A DNA stretch of 64,000 nucleotides from Chiloscyllium plagiosum (lineage: Eukaryota), in the NCBI RefSeq assembly GCF_004010195.1, contig NC_057718.1, forward strand, positions 26,728,185 to 26,792,184, in the 5' to 3' direction. Of this stretch, positions 23,671-37,111 are shown piece by piece (positions within the stretch are counted from its first letter, which is position 1; each line of letters begins with the position of its first letter). A program made the position numbers and the translations under genes. The notes below the pieces were generated by a model. That model worked only from the letters and a program-made list of their open reading frames with translations. It was not told the origin of the DNA and searched no databases.

Positions 23671-26009
23671 TATCTATATTGACTTTAGCAAGATCTTTGA
23701 TAAGGCTCCTCATGACAGGCTGATATAAAAGGTAAAGCTATGTGAGATCTATAGTGAGCTAGTAAGATGGATACTGAACTGGTTTGGCCTTAGAAGACAA
23801 GAGTAGGGTAGAACAATGTTTTTCAGATTGGAGATCTGTGACCATGGGCATTCCACAGGGATCAGTGCTGGGACCGCTGTTGTTTGTAACATATATAAAT
23901 GATTTGGAGGTGAGTGTAGGTGGCCTGACCAGTAAGTTTGCAGAAAACACAATGACTGGGGGAGATTTGGATTGTGAGGAAGATAGCCAGAGGATACAGC
24001 AGGATTAGGATAGGTTAAAGACTTAGGTAGAGAAATGGCAGCTGGAGTTTAATCTGGATAAATGTGAGGTGATGCATTTTAGGATATCTAATACAGTAAA
24101 TGGCAGAACCCTTAGTCCCATCAACATACTCAGGAATCTAGGCGTATGGGTCCACAGTGCCAACACAACTGGAAACGACGATAAAAATGGCATATACCAT
24201 GCGTGTCTTCATCAGGACACTGAGTCTAAGTTTGGCAAGTCATGTTGTAGCTGTTAGGCCATATTTGAAATATTGCATACAGTTCTCTTTGCCACATTGC
24301 CAGAAGGGTGTGGAGGCTTTGGAGAGGGTACAGAAACAGTTTATCAGAATGTTGTCTGGTTTAGAGAGGATTAGGTATGAGGAAAGATTGGACAAACCTG
24401 GTTTATTTTTACTTGAACGTCAATGGATATGGGGTGACCTGATTGAAGTTCACTAAATTACGAGAGGCACTGATAGAACGGACATTCAGAGGATTTTTTT
24501 TTTCCCAGGGCAGCAATGTCAATTACTAGGGCACATAGGTTTAAGATAAAAAGGGTTAAGTTTAAAGGAGATGTGAAAGGCAGGCGTTTTACACAGAGAG
24601 TGGTGAGTACCTGGAATGCACTGCCAGAGCAGCTGGTGGAAGTGGATACAAAAGCAATGCTTATGAGGCATCTTGACAGATGCATGAAAAGGCAAGGAAT
24701 AGTGCAACTTGGACAGCATAGAGGCAAAAGGTTTTTGGTTTAGATCGGTATCATGTGTCGGAACAGGCTTGGTGGACTGAAATGTCTCTTCACTTGCTGT
24801 ACTATTCTTTATTCTTTGTTCTGTCTGGAGGCTTCCTCCCAGAAAAAGAAACATCACATTCCTCTCTGCATTCATTTATCAGGTCAAAGCCTGCAGTTAA
24901 ATAGGGCAACTACAACTGAAGTACTGTGTATAGTTTTTGTTCCTTACCTGTAGATAGATATACTTGCCCAAGAAGCATGACAACAAAAATTGAAGAATGA
25001 TTTCTGGAATCAGCAATGTCCAATGGCATAAGAACACTTGCTGTAGCATTAAAACAATCATAAATTGCTTATATATAAATCCCTTGAACAATCATTTCCA
25101 GGGATTTCTATGCAATAAGAAGGGTACAGAAAATGCACAATTACCATAACAGAAGCATCCAGAAATTCTGAACCAAATGTATTTAAATGTCTTTCAGCAC
25201 TGTGAGATTCAATCATTAGTAAAGAGTTTGGTTGGGAAGATGGTGCACATTTATACCTTTGGTACATAACTTCCTATGCTGTTAGTGATAATTGCAAAAC
25301 TTCTTTAGGAGGTTCCAGCAATACCTGCTGAATTTGGAATATGTAATGAATAATTTTGATCTATGTACAGAGAAAATTCAGTTATATGGAATATTCCAAT
25401 ATCTCAGCACAGCTGCACAATCTGTCATATTATCAAAGTAGTCAACATATTAGAAAAACTTTTATTTCAAATGCTGAAGAGGGGATCTTATTTAAAGACA
25501 GTTTTTGAAAACGAAAGATTAGATTAACATCATGTCTTTATACACCTTTTGATTTAAGTTAATTTTAGTTATTATCTTGTTTAAACGGTGATCGTTGAAA
25601 CTATTGAAGACTATAGGTTGGGAGAATTTTAAAGCTTGACTGCAAGAAATTAAAATTAACAAGAAAATGTCAAACTAGCTCAGCTATCTTTTCAAGTCAG
25701 TTTCCATGAAAATGAGATATGTTTGAGATCAACTGGAATAAAAATTATAGCCTTCTTACATTTCATTTTTTCACAAAGCACTGTACTGAACTTTAGCAAA
25801 TAAATCAACATACTCTAAATATTGTATTTTGCTAGTGTATAATCCAACATTGTTATTTGTATTTATACAAACAATATAGACACATAGCAGTATAAATACA
25901 GCCTATCAACAAATTCAGATTGAAAAGAGGTAATGAGAAAAAGGATGCTGTTCCACAAAGATCTAAAATCACAATTTCCATTTAGGAATTCCAGTATTTT
26001 GCAGAATTG

Positions 26010-27000
26010 TTTCAGTACAGAAGGACATATTCAGCTTGTCATGTCTCTGTTGCCTTTCCACAATAGCAAAGCATCTAATGCCATTCCCTCATTTCCCTAT
26101 AACTTGCCACATACTCCCTTTTCAGATTATAATCCCGCACCTCTTAAATACCTTGAATAAAATCACTTCCATCACACAGGCAGCACATTCTCAGATCTTA
26201 ATTGCTTGTCATACGAGAATGTTGCTCAAGTCTCCAATGTTTCTTTTGACAATTATCTTCAATTTGTACCCTCTTATTCTCAATTCCTCCACCAATCAGA
26301 ACATTGTTTTGTTTGGACTCTTCTTGATTTTCAAAACCTCTACCAACCTCTGCTCAACCTTCTCCAAGGAAAACAATCCGAAATCTTTGTATCTATAAAA
26401 AAGCCATTCTCCTGGATTTTTTTTTGCTGCACTCCCTTGATACCTTCACATTATTGTTAAAGTGTAACACCCGTAAGTAGACACAGTACTGCATTGACAT
26501 TTAACCAGTTTTTTTTACAAATGTAAAATAACATTTGCCTCTATTAATAAAGTGCAGAATTCTGTCTGCATTATTTCCATATTCCATATCTCGAAGTGCT
26601 TTCCACAATTTATTACTTTTGAATTGCAATGATGCTCTATTTACAAAAACTGTGAGAATTGGCAAAAATACTGAAAGATAAATAGGCTGAGTTCATTTCT
26701 CTAAATAGGAGAAAGCTAAGCGATGATCTAATAGAGGTTTCTAAAATGATGAAGGCATATTAAAAGTGGATGTAGTGAAGAAGTTTCCACTTTTACTGGA
26801 GTCTAAATACAAATCCATAAACAGAATGTTGTCACTAATAATTCCAATAAGCAATTCAGGAGAAATTCTTTACCAACAGTGTTGAAATTTTGATTCTCTG
26901 TTCCATCAAGTTCCTAAGGGAGAGTAAGATGAAGTAGTTGGAAAGAGGCTCAAGAATAAACACAAATAGAGGTCATTTGGCCCCACAGGTCTATTATTCT
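26010..27000. mobile_element. Two old CR1 3' fragments (26010-26560 minus; 26680-27000 plus)
   Basis: The plus copy has agctaagcgatgatctaatagaggtttctaaaatgatga (LSDDLIEVSKMM). The minus copy is the reverse complement of the same region. Both are heavily decayed. Confidence 0.55.
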
Positions 27001-27446
27001 GCAGTAAGTTCCATCTATTAAGGTGCTTTGCACTTACAAAACAACTTAAATGTAAAGAACATTTCAAGACTCTTAGAAGCATAAGACAAATCAAAATTAA
27101 GCAAATTGAGAATTAGGAAGGGTGACCAAATGCTATTCAGAGATGAATTTTAAGAACTATCTTAGAGACAAAGTGAATGAGAAAATAATAAATCTAGACT
27201 ATTGAACAAAATGTTCAGGGTTATTGTAATGCTTGAAGAGTCACTGATAAATTGGGGAAATGCCATATTGGTATTTAAAAACAGGAGCAATAATTTAAAA
27301 TTTGAGGTTCTTAAATTTGGGAGCTGCTGAGCAAGAGGACCTTGGTGCAAGATGGGTTTGAAGTACTGGAGATTTAAGACACAGCCTAAAAAATCATAGT
27401 GGACCAATGAATTAGAATAATACATCTCACACACAAATATCTTTGT

Positions 27447-27762
27447 GGGCGGCACGGTGGCACAGTGGTTAGCACTGCTGCCTCGCAGCGCCAGAGACCC
27501 GGGTTCAATTCCCGACTCAGGCGACTGACTGTGTGGAGTTTGCACGTTCTCCCCGTGTCTGCGTGGGTTTCCTCCGGGTGCTCCGGTTTCCTCCCACAGT
27601 CCAAAGATGTGCAGGTTAGGTGAATTGGCCATACTAAATTGCCCGTAGTGTTAGGTAAGGGGTAAATGTAGGGGTATGGGTGGGTTTCGCTTCGGCGGGT
27701 CGGTGTGGACTTGTTGGGCCGAAGGGCCTGTTTCCACACTGTAATCTAATCTAATCTAATCT
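27447..27762 (+). mobile_element. Full-length young HE1 (V-SINE) tRNA-derived SINE
   Basis: GGGCGGCACGGTGGCACAGTGGTTAGC (A box), GGTTCAATTCCC (B box), V-domain tgtgtggagtttgcacgttctccccgtgtctgcgtggg, CR1-like tail and (TAATC)n end. CpGs largely retained. Confidence 0.96.
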
Positions 27763-29254
27763 TCCTGAGTCATCAGATAATCAGCTGACTATCCATATAA
27801 TATTTTTCAACAAATTTACACAATGTTTGTTAAAATGGAGCATTATGTTGGTGTGGTGTATACCATACTAGAAGAAAGGTAAGGTCATGTTGTGAAAGCA
27901 ACACATATTTTGTAACTTAGGTGGGGTCCCACCCATCTCTCATCACTTATACAACTATATCACACTATCACCTATTTTTATCTGTATTTGATTCCTCTGC
28001 TTATTAAACTCAGGATGTTAATTGCTTATTTACACCACACATATACAAAGTTACAACTTCCAGAACTCTCTACAATAACCTTTTATTTTCAATGAAAGTG
28101 AGCTCAACTTGTTTGCTATGTGAAGCCTTTCAATGGGCAATTGCTTGATTCAGCCACTCAGAGTCCAGACTAAAGATATGTGCAATCATAAAATTCTGCA
28201 TGTGTAGCTCATGCATTGACCAACTACAAATCCTGGGCATGAGCAATTTTGACCATGATAATATTCATTCTAATTTAATACTACTAACCTCTGTGAAGCA
28301 GAAGTGATAACAAGAAATTTGATAGTATTGCGTGCAGTCTATAACTCAAGGGTGCAAAGCTGCTTTCCTCTCATAATGTACTGTAAGTATGTCAAATTCT
28401 GCTCTTAAATGTAACGGAATCTTTCTTGGATGACGTGGGGGCTGGGGATGGAGGCTGGTGGGAATAAGGTTTCAGTGATCCTACTGAACTTAGTATTTTC
28501 AGTTATATTTGTGGGGCATGGTTTGTGCAGCATTCTTCTGAACAAGATCTGCTTTAGAAAAGATCCACCCAGAGGCATTCCATGGCCCTCCTTGTTAGAG
28601 GCCTCCATGTCCCACTGTATCAAGGACTCCAGAAAAATGTCACTTTGTGCACTGTGACTGTTGTCTGATCACAATGCTAAAGCATTATTGTACCTGATAT
28701 TCCACACATAAGCTCATTAGAACTGCCACAGTGGATTCAGGTGCTATTTTGTTGTGGCTGCTGCACAACAAAGGCATACAGAAATTGAAGAGGAACTTAT
28801 GCTTCTGCAAGCCTAGTAGCAACCTCCAGCAGCTGCTGAACCATTTGTTCACCAGTTGGTGTTAGATTATAATGGTCGAATTCCCAAAAACTGTCTATTA
28901 ACGTATCATCAGGCTATCTTTGCCAATCTCATTCTTCCAAACTATATGTAAATTAAAGTAACCCATGATGATAGCTATACCTTTCTGACAAGTCCTTATG
29001 ATTTCTTCCTGCATAATCTGTCCTATGGTATGTAACTGTTCTCATCACTATCCAAATGATTCTGCATTCTGACCTCCAGAACTAAGGTCATCTCTCTCTT
29101 CTGTACCACTGTGATCCTTAATTAACAGAGCTACTCTCCACATTTTTATGGCTTTCTATCCTTCCAGGTAGTCATGTGCTCTTGAATATTCATGTCCCAG
29201 TCTTTGTCAGCTTGTAGCCATGGTTATCAGACCATGCATATTTATTAATACCAA

Positions 29255-29400
29255 AATAATGTGCATGATAGAAATTTGAAATAAAAACAGAAAATGCTGG
29301 AGAAACTCTGTGGGTCTGGCAACATCTGTGGAGAGAGAAAAACAGAGTTAATGTTTTGAGTCCAGTATGACTCTTCTTCAGAACTGAAAGGAGCTGGAAA
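29255..29400 (-). mobile_element. Penelope-derived element (family B) with hammerhead-like motif
   Basis: Minus 29346-29385: AGTT-CTGAAGA-A-GAGTC-ATACTG-GACTC-AAAACATT-AACT. Stems I and II are perfect; GAAACG has decayed to AAAACA. Confidence 0.75.
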
Positions 29401-30635
29401 ATACTGTTTTCTTTAATGCTGTAAACAGAAAGAGAGGAGGATTAAGTGGAACAGATTGTGAGCATGAACAGAGCAAAAGAAGCAATAATGGTGGTAAAGG
29501 ATAGATAGATTTATAAATTAGTGTAATTCAGCAGCATCGATCTGGCTGTGCGGGTGCATACCTTGAGATTCAGCTGCTGCTGGATCTTTTGTCCTTGGAC
29601 ATCCTCAACTACTGCTACCATCTGCTCATCTTCTCCAACCATACTGTTCATCCCTGGATAACTGCAACTGCTGTATTCTGTTGAATGATGCCTCAGAGCA
29701 GATATGAGTGGTCTATGGTTTAGAAATTCCTCACTGAAGGTGGTTCTTCAGTCCATCAGGGAATAGTAAGATGTCCTGTTTCCCAGTAATGGCCTCAGGA
29801 GGACCTCCCTCCTTACCCTCCTGAGAATTCTTGCACCATTAAGTACACCACTGCCTCCTTTCTTTTTGCTTGTAGAAATATAGCTATCCGCCCATATTCT
29901 CTATTTGTAAGTAATTGCTACTGTTTTCAAAGCTTATGATCTTCTCAGCATTTTCACTAGATTCCATACAGCCAAATACATAAATGAAGAATGCTTTTAC
30001 AGCACAGTTTGCATGTGCAAGACTTTCCCCTCTATGGAGGTGATTGGAAACGAAAAAATGGGGGAACTGGGGAGTTTACTCTGGAGAAAAACTCATCAGC
30101 AAATCACGATTTTCTTGACACCAGCAATTAAGGTCCTTAAATGTTTGGTCAATGGCCACCTCCCCAGCCACCTACTTCCCTGGTGGATGAGAGAGCTGAA
30201 AGAGAGGTGGGCTCCAATTATTGTAGATGCCACTATCGATTTAAACTAACCTTTACTTGAAGTTTACTGACATTGCCATTAATGACATCACCACTACAGC
30301 GAGGCTTATATGAATATTTTTGAGAGTGTTGTGGAGAGTTCATTCATTCTTACAAGGAGGTTAGAGAATTTGAGCACCTTTCTACACTAAAGCTACAATA
30401 GCTACAGCATCTCACTTCTGTTTCCTCTGGCTCTGCAACATAGCAGATAAATGGGGCTGATACTGCAGAATATGGAATATCTATGAAAAGGGAAGAGTAG
30501 GGATAGGACTTTCAGGGAAACCCCTATATGCTGTGAGTTTTCAGGGAGATGTTCTCTTATCTTTACCACAAGACTAATGCCTGAGGTGTCCCAACTAGGA
30601 ACTGCCATCAGAACTGTACCACACTCTTTCAACAA

Positions 30636-33400
30636 GAGGAAGTGATGGTGTAATGGTAATGTCACTGGAATAGTAATCTAGAATTCCAGGATATCATTCT
30701 GTCAGATGGGAAGATTTGAATTCAATAAAACAAAATCTGCAATTAAAAGCAGCAACTGTGTAACCACTGTTAATTGTAAACTAAAATTTATCTGGTTCAC
30801 TAATGTAAAGGAAAACTGGGGAAGAATTCTGCCATTCTTCACTGGTCATAGAGTCATGGAGATTTTAATAGCATTGAAAAAGGCCCTTTGGCACATTATG
30901 TCCGCACAGGTCATCAAACATCAACCCAATCTAATCCCATTTATCAGCACTTGGTCTATAGTCTTATGTGCTATAGCATTTCAAGTACCTATTTAATAGT
31001 TGTTAAATGTTGTTAGGGTTCCAATCTCTAAATCCCTTTTAGGAAGTGAGTTCCAGATACCCACAACCTTATGGATGAAAAAGAAGTCCACAAATTCCCT
31101 CTAAACCTCGTATTCCTTATTTTAAGACTATGCCCACTGGTTAGTGATACCCCTACAATGAGAAAGGTTCACAGTCATAGAACATAGAAACAGACCCTTC
31201 GGTCCAACTATTCCACATCAATCATGTCGCCAAACCAAACTAGTCCCACCTGTCTGCGTTTGGCCCATAACCTTCAAACCTTTTCTGTTCAAGTACTTAT
31301 CCAAATGTCTTTTAAATGTTGTAACCATACATGCTCCAGAACTTCCTCTGGCAGTTCATTCACATATGAACCACTCTGTGTAATAACATTGCTTCTCACA
31401 TCTTTTTAAATATTTCTCCTCTCACCTTAAAAATATGTCCGCTAGTTTTCAATTTCCCCACCCTAGGAAAAAGACTCTTGCTATTTACCTTACCTATACC
31501 ACTCTATAACCTCAATAAGGTCACCCCTCAACCTCCTACACTCCTGTGAAGAAGTCCCAACCTATCTTCATAACTCAAACCTTCCATTCTCAACAACATC
31601 TTGGTAAATCTCTTCTGAACCATCTCCAATTTAAAAATATCCTTCCTATAATTGGGTGACCAATCACAAAAATATTCCTCGACCATTACCTTCTGCTTCC
31701 TGCCAGTAAGGCAGTTTTGGATGCAATTTAATAAATTGAGCCAGATCCTATTGTCTCTTAGTTTCTTAACCACTCTGCCTTGTGAGATCTGTCAAAAGCA
31801 TTACTGAAGCCCTTGTAGAATACATCAACTGCACCCCCTTATCTAAACACTTAATCACCTCCTTGAAAAATTCAATCAAATTTGTTAGACATTTTCTATC
31901 CTTTATAAAGCCATGCTGATTTAACCTTGCTTAATCCTTGCCTCCCCAACTGGAGATCAATCCTTTCCCTCAGAATTTACCAGCTACATTATAATCAATG
32001 TCCTGGTTTATCCCCACTGATCTTCTTGAACAATGATAGGACATTAACTGTACTTCATCCTTAGGTACTCTTTTGGTCAGAAAGATTTGAACATTAAATC
32101 AGAGACCCTGAAATGACCTCCCTTGTCCCAGAAAGTAAACTTAGACACTGCTCATCTGGGACTTGGGATTTACCCACTTTCAGCCTGATAAAACTGCTAA
32201 TACCTTCTCCACCTCCATGCTAATTTGTTAAAGATCATCACATTCACCCTCCCTAATTTCTAGAACAACACTGTCCTTCTCTTTTAAGAATACAGATGCA
32301 ACTTACTCATTTAAAACCACAGTTATGTCTTAGAAGTTAGAACATAGAACATTACAGCACAGTATAAGTCCTTCGGCCTGCGATGTTGCGCTGGCCAGTG
32401 GAACCAATCTGAAGTCTATCTATCCTAAGCTATTCCATTTTCATCCATACGTTTATCCAATGACCATTTAAATGCCCCTAAAGTTGGCGAGTTTACTACT
32501 GCTGCAGGCAGTGCGTTCCACGCCCCTACTACTCACGGTGTAAAGAAACTACCTCTGACATCTGTCTTATATCTATCACCCCTCAATTTAAAATTATGTC
32601 CCTCGTGCCAACCATCACCATCCGAGGAAAATGGATCTTACTGTCCACCTGATCTACCATCTGATTATCTGAAATGTCTCAATTAAGTCACCTCTCAACC
32701 TTCTTCTCTCTAACAAAAACAGCCTCAAGTCCCTCAACCTTTCCTCATAAGACCTTCCCTCATACACAGTCTTGTAGCTGGACACCACTGATTGTCCTGT
32801 TGGTCCCTAATGGGCCCTACACATTCCTGTGTTATTCTCTTGCCCCAATTGCTTTTGGATTTTCCTCAGTGTTACCTCTTTACTCTCCTAATTTATTTTT
32901 TTTAAGTGAGCCCCTGCAACTTTCTATATTCCCCTAGAGCTTCCACTGTCTTGAACCTTCAGTATCTTGCATAAGGATCACTTTTGTTCCTTTTCCAATT
33001 CTGTACAAACCTTGACATCCAGGGTTCTCTGCACTTGTTGATCCCATTCTTTACCTTTATGGGAACATATTGGACCTGCACTTTAACTATTACCCTGGCT
33101 CTGACGTAGATTTTCCTGCAAGTAACTGCATCCAGTCCACTTGGCTGATCCTATCCTATCACATTAAAGCTGACCTTAGCCCAATTCAGAGCCTTTAAGG
33201 TCAATCTTTTTTCTTATCCATAATTTCCTTCACTCTTACTGAATTATGATCACCATCACCATATTACAGTGGTCCCACCAACATGTGATCCCAGACATAC
33301 AGCAATGTGGTTGACACTTAACTGCTCTCTGAAATGGCCTAACAAGTCACTCAATTCAAAGACAATTAGAGATAAGCAGTAATAATGAAATTCCCAGAAA
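30636..33400 (+). mobile_element. tRNA-derived SINE (family 2) split by a nested CR1: head 30636-30846, tail ~33275-33400
   Basis: Head: gaggaagtgatggtgtaatggtaatgtcactgga...tctggttcactaatg...attctgccattcttcactggtc. Resumes: acatgtgatcccagacatacagcaatgtggttgacacttaactgctctctgaaatggcc. Confidence 0.75.
30847..33265 (-). mobile_element. CR1 LINE containing two further nested CR1 3' ends (31172-31655 and 32335-32765)
   Basis: Three separate CR1 tails begin at about 30847 (catagagtcat), 31172 (agtcatagaacatagaaacagacccttcgg) and 32335 (agaacatagaacattacagcacag). ORF 31528-31773 is a chimera across a junction. Confidence 0.8.
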
Positions 33401-33601
33401 TGTGGGAAGCCATCAATTGCATGTTTTTAGCTTTGTAGGCCACCTATTTTCATATCAATGGGGTGGGGCCTTTCATTTTCATTTTTCCATGCAATGAGAC
33501 CATAATGTGTTGCCCATCCATAACTGGCCTTGAACTCAGTGGCATCCTAGGCCATTTAAGAAAGCAGTTAAGACTATGATATGGGTCAGAATTCACATGT
33601 T

Positions 33602-35058
33602 GGTTGTAATTTTCCAAACTTCCTTGGATTCCAGAGAAGTGCCAGAGGTTTGGAAAGCTACCAATGTGACATGCCTGTACAATAAGGGAGGGCGGCAAAA
33701 AGTAGGTAACTATAGGCTAATTAGTATAACATCTATTGTTGTAAAAGAATAAAAATAAATTATGAAGGCAATAAACAGCAGAACATTTGGAAAATCATAA
33801 CCTAATTAAGCAAAGTTAGTGTGGCTTCACAAAAGGGAAATTGTATCTGATTGTGTTATTCAGCTTTTCATGGAGTCTCAACCTGAGTAGATAGTTAGAG
33901 TTCCAGACGGCATTTGACAAGGTATCTAACAAAAGGTGAAGTCAAGATCGGAACCAATGGTGTTGGAGGCAGTATATTAGCATGATCAGAGAATTGGATA
34001 TTGGCAGGCAACGGTGAATTGGGATAAGGGTTGAGATGAAAGTGGGGATAATTCTTCAGGTTGGCGACCAGTGGGGTTCCACAGGGATCAGTAGTGAAAA
34101 CGCATCTGTTTACAATATATATTAATGACTTAAAGGAAGCAAGTGAATATACTGTAGCTAAATTTGCAAACGATACAAAAATAAATGAAAAGGCAAGTTG
34201 CAAGCAGAATACAAAAAGTTGAGAGAGATATTCATAGGTTAAGTAAGTGGGTAAAACATTGGCAATATGAGTATAATGTGGGAAAATGTGAAATTCATTT
34301 TTGAAGGGAGAACAAAAGAACGAAGTATTATTTAAATGGAGAGAAACTGCAGAAAGCTACAACACAAAGGGACGTGGATAGTTGTGCACAAAACACAAAG
34401 CTAGCACAGAGGTGCAACAGGTAATCAGGAAGGCTAATGGAATGTTGGCCCCTCCTTCAAGGGGTTTGGAGTACAAAAGTAGAGAAATCTTACTGCAACT
34501 GTACAAGGTGCCAGTAAATCTGAAATACTGTGAACAGTTTTGGTCCCCTTATCAAAGAAAATATATATTTTTCACTAGTCAATTCAGAGATGGTTCACTA
34601 GATGATTCCTGGTATGGAGGGATTATTTTATGAGCAAAAGTCAAACAGGTTGGGAATTTACTCAATGAAATTCAGAAAAATGAGAGTTGATCGCATTAAA
34701 AAATTAAGGGTTTTTCAGGGTAAGTGCTAAGAGGATGTTTTCCCCTCCTGGGAGTCTAGGACCAGAAGGCATAGACTCAGAATTAAGGGTTAGCAATTTA
34801 AGGCTGAGGTGAGAAAGAATTTCTCCTGTTGGAGAGTTGTGAGCTTTTGAAACTTTTTGGCACAGAGAGCTTTGGAGGCAGAGTCTATGTGTACATTTGG
34901 GGCTGAGGTTCTTGATCAGTAAGGGAATCAAGGGTTCTGGAGAAAAGGGAGCAAAGTGTACATGAAGTGTATCGGATTAGGCATGATCCTATTGAATGGC
35001 AGCGCAGACTCGAGGGACCCAACAGCGTACTCCTGTTCCTATTGTTTACAGTCTTACA
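33602..35058 (+). mobile_element. CR1 LINE (RT to 3' end) nested in a minus-strand family 2 SINE (33480-33600 and 35060-35300)
   Basis: ttccagacggcatttgacaaggt (FQTAFDK), ggggttccacagggatcag (GVPQGS), tttgcaaacgatacaaaa (FANDTK), ORF 34382-34633. The SINE halves rejoin at cacatgt|agg. Confidence 0.85.
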
Positions 35059-35479
35059 GGCAGTCCAAGATTTAAAAAAAAACAGTTGATTTGCTTTCCT
35101 TGAGGACAATAGTGAACCAGCTGTATTTTTTTTTACAAAAATCCCTGTTAATGTCATGATCCCTAATGTTCAGTCTAGCTTTCAACTGCAGTTTCATTTT
35201 TGTCAATTAAAATTAAATTCTAACAGTTGCTATCCCAGAGATTTAGCCTAGGTATCTGGATTAGAAATCCTGTGAAATTAGCACTGTACTACCATTTTCC
35301 TAAACTACAGGAACTGGAAGAACTAGCTTTACATTAATGTGCAGTTAATTTGCAAATCATGATGACCGTGAGTGTCTGCTATTCTGGCAGCAGCAATGAT
35401 GCTTTTATCTTGATGTCCACGTGCTGTTTCACACCAGCAAGGTGAAATTGAGGCTGGCACAAGGGAGATAAGAAATAAC

Positions 35480-35655
35480 TGTTCTACTTATGGTTAATGA
35501 TCTTCCACTTGACCATATGAAGACAATGGCTGCCACAGGAAACATCACAGAACACTCCGTCAGTGTGGATAATCAACAGCTGTAATGTCCAGATGGCTCG
35601 GGTGGCACTCTACAAGAAGGGTCTGTACCAAAGTTTGTGGTAGTCTGCTTACTGA
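35480..35655 (+). mobile_element. Short Harbinger transposase C-terminal fragment
   Basis: tggttaatg (WLM), gctgccacaggaaacatcacagaacac (AATGNITEH), tcgggtggcactctacaa (SGGTLQ), tttgtggtagtctgc (FVVVC), in Harbinger order. Confidence 0.5.
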
Positions 35656-37111
35656 TCTGGTCCCAACCAATTCAACAGTAATAATGTTGAAGATCCATGT
35701 CTTGAGCCCTGTTGAGGCCTCTGACAACATTTGCCACCAGTTTCATGTTACTGGCAGTGGGTTCAGTTGAGAATTACGTGTGCGCACTTGAGTTCAAAAT
35801 ATCCAGGTCTTGTAACAATGAACTCAGGCAATCCAATGTTCATTAGAGTTGAAACCAGGGATGATGTCCTTACCAATTTTCAAACTGTCAGCATAAAACC
35901 ATTGCATGTGATGATTTCATTAAGAATAACAATGCACTATACTGCTGAGTACTGATCAATTTCGCTAAATTTAAACTAAATTTATATATTTCAAAGCACT
36001 TCTCCTTCTGTCTATTTTTAGAAAATGTAAAGCCTTATAATTTTTAAATTCTAAACATAGCTAAAATTAATATATCCCGAGAAAAAAATTGTCTGGGATA
36101 TATCTGCAACCTGCAAAACACACAACTACCTTCATGGGTCACTGACCCATGTATTGCATTATAAAAAGCAACAGTATTTGCCAACTATTGATACTAAAGC
36201 CCTTATTGTGAAATCTATAAACTTGATGTTTTTTAAATATAGTTAGGAAACAGAATGGAGACAGAACTAACCTTATAGATACTAAAGGTACAAACTCACA
36301 TAACACATTGGTTTAGTTGGCTTTCTTGATGAAAGAATTATCTTAATTCAAAAAGTGCAAATTCAATAACTTTAGTGTTGAGGTTCCATGTGCAGGGACA
36401 ATGGTACAATGAACATTAAGAGCTAGCAAAAATCAACATTTAAGACAGATAATTTGAGATTTCTTTCAAATTTTGATTAGTTTTGCCTAAATGAAGGGAC
36501 TAGCCAGACATTTATACAGGTATACATATGACCCTGCTCAGTTTCTGCAACACTTTCTGTTATTTTAGATCTCCAGTATCTGCAGCTTAATTTTATTTTT
36601 ATCTTTATTAAGATAACTGCCAGATTTGTCAGGCAGGGAAAAGTCTAACCAGCATCATAGACAATCATTTAGTAGTATTACAATTCGGACATGTAAGCAC
36701 AAACTTTTCTCAGCTCACCAAACCATCAAAAATGTAATGTGGCAGTGAAACAATGGTTCAGCAGTCATATTACTCTCATCAACCATTCATAACCAGAATT
36801 TATAAAATTAAACAAATCCATTACTCTGCAGCGCATAACATTTTCCACTTTTCTGCACTCCTAAAAATCTATTAAGTCTTGTCCCTCCCTATTTCAGCAA
36901 TTCATATCTGCGATTAGTTACTATTACACCCTCATTCATACAAATTGAGCTTACAGTTCACCTCCTGTACCTTTTGCTCCACAGCTACAAGATATTATGC
37001 CCTGCCCTCTAGAATTCTTATTTACATAACCTACACCATCTTGATACTTTTCTCCCTGGTTTCAGAAACTTCCTAAAAATTTGATTATTATAAATATGAA
37101 GTTTACAAGTT

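Larger units (their letters stand above)
22196..24822 (+). mobile_element. CR1 LINE (RT to 3' end) interrupted by a solo LTR and an HE1 SINE
   Basis: EMSLANRTKENPK, then ORF 22860-23144 (DKGENLCVELEEMDEVLNEYF), ORF 23784-24008 (GIPQGSVLGPLLFVTYINDL) and ORFs 24157-24743 (CR1 C-terminus). Confidence 0.92.

Noticed and set aside
27447..27525. tRNA gene
   Set aside because: The A and B boxes belong to the tRNA-derived head of an HE1 SINE, followed by the SINE body and tail.
27162..27739. 156-aa and 117-aa ORFs (and the similar one at 38522-38842)
   Set aside because: They are antisense translations of the HE1 SINE.
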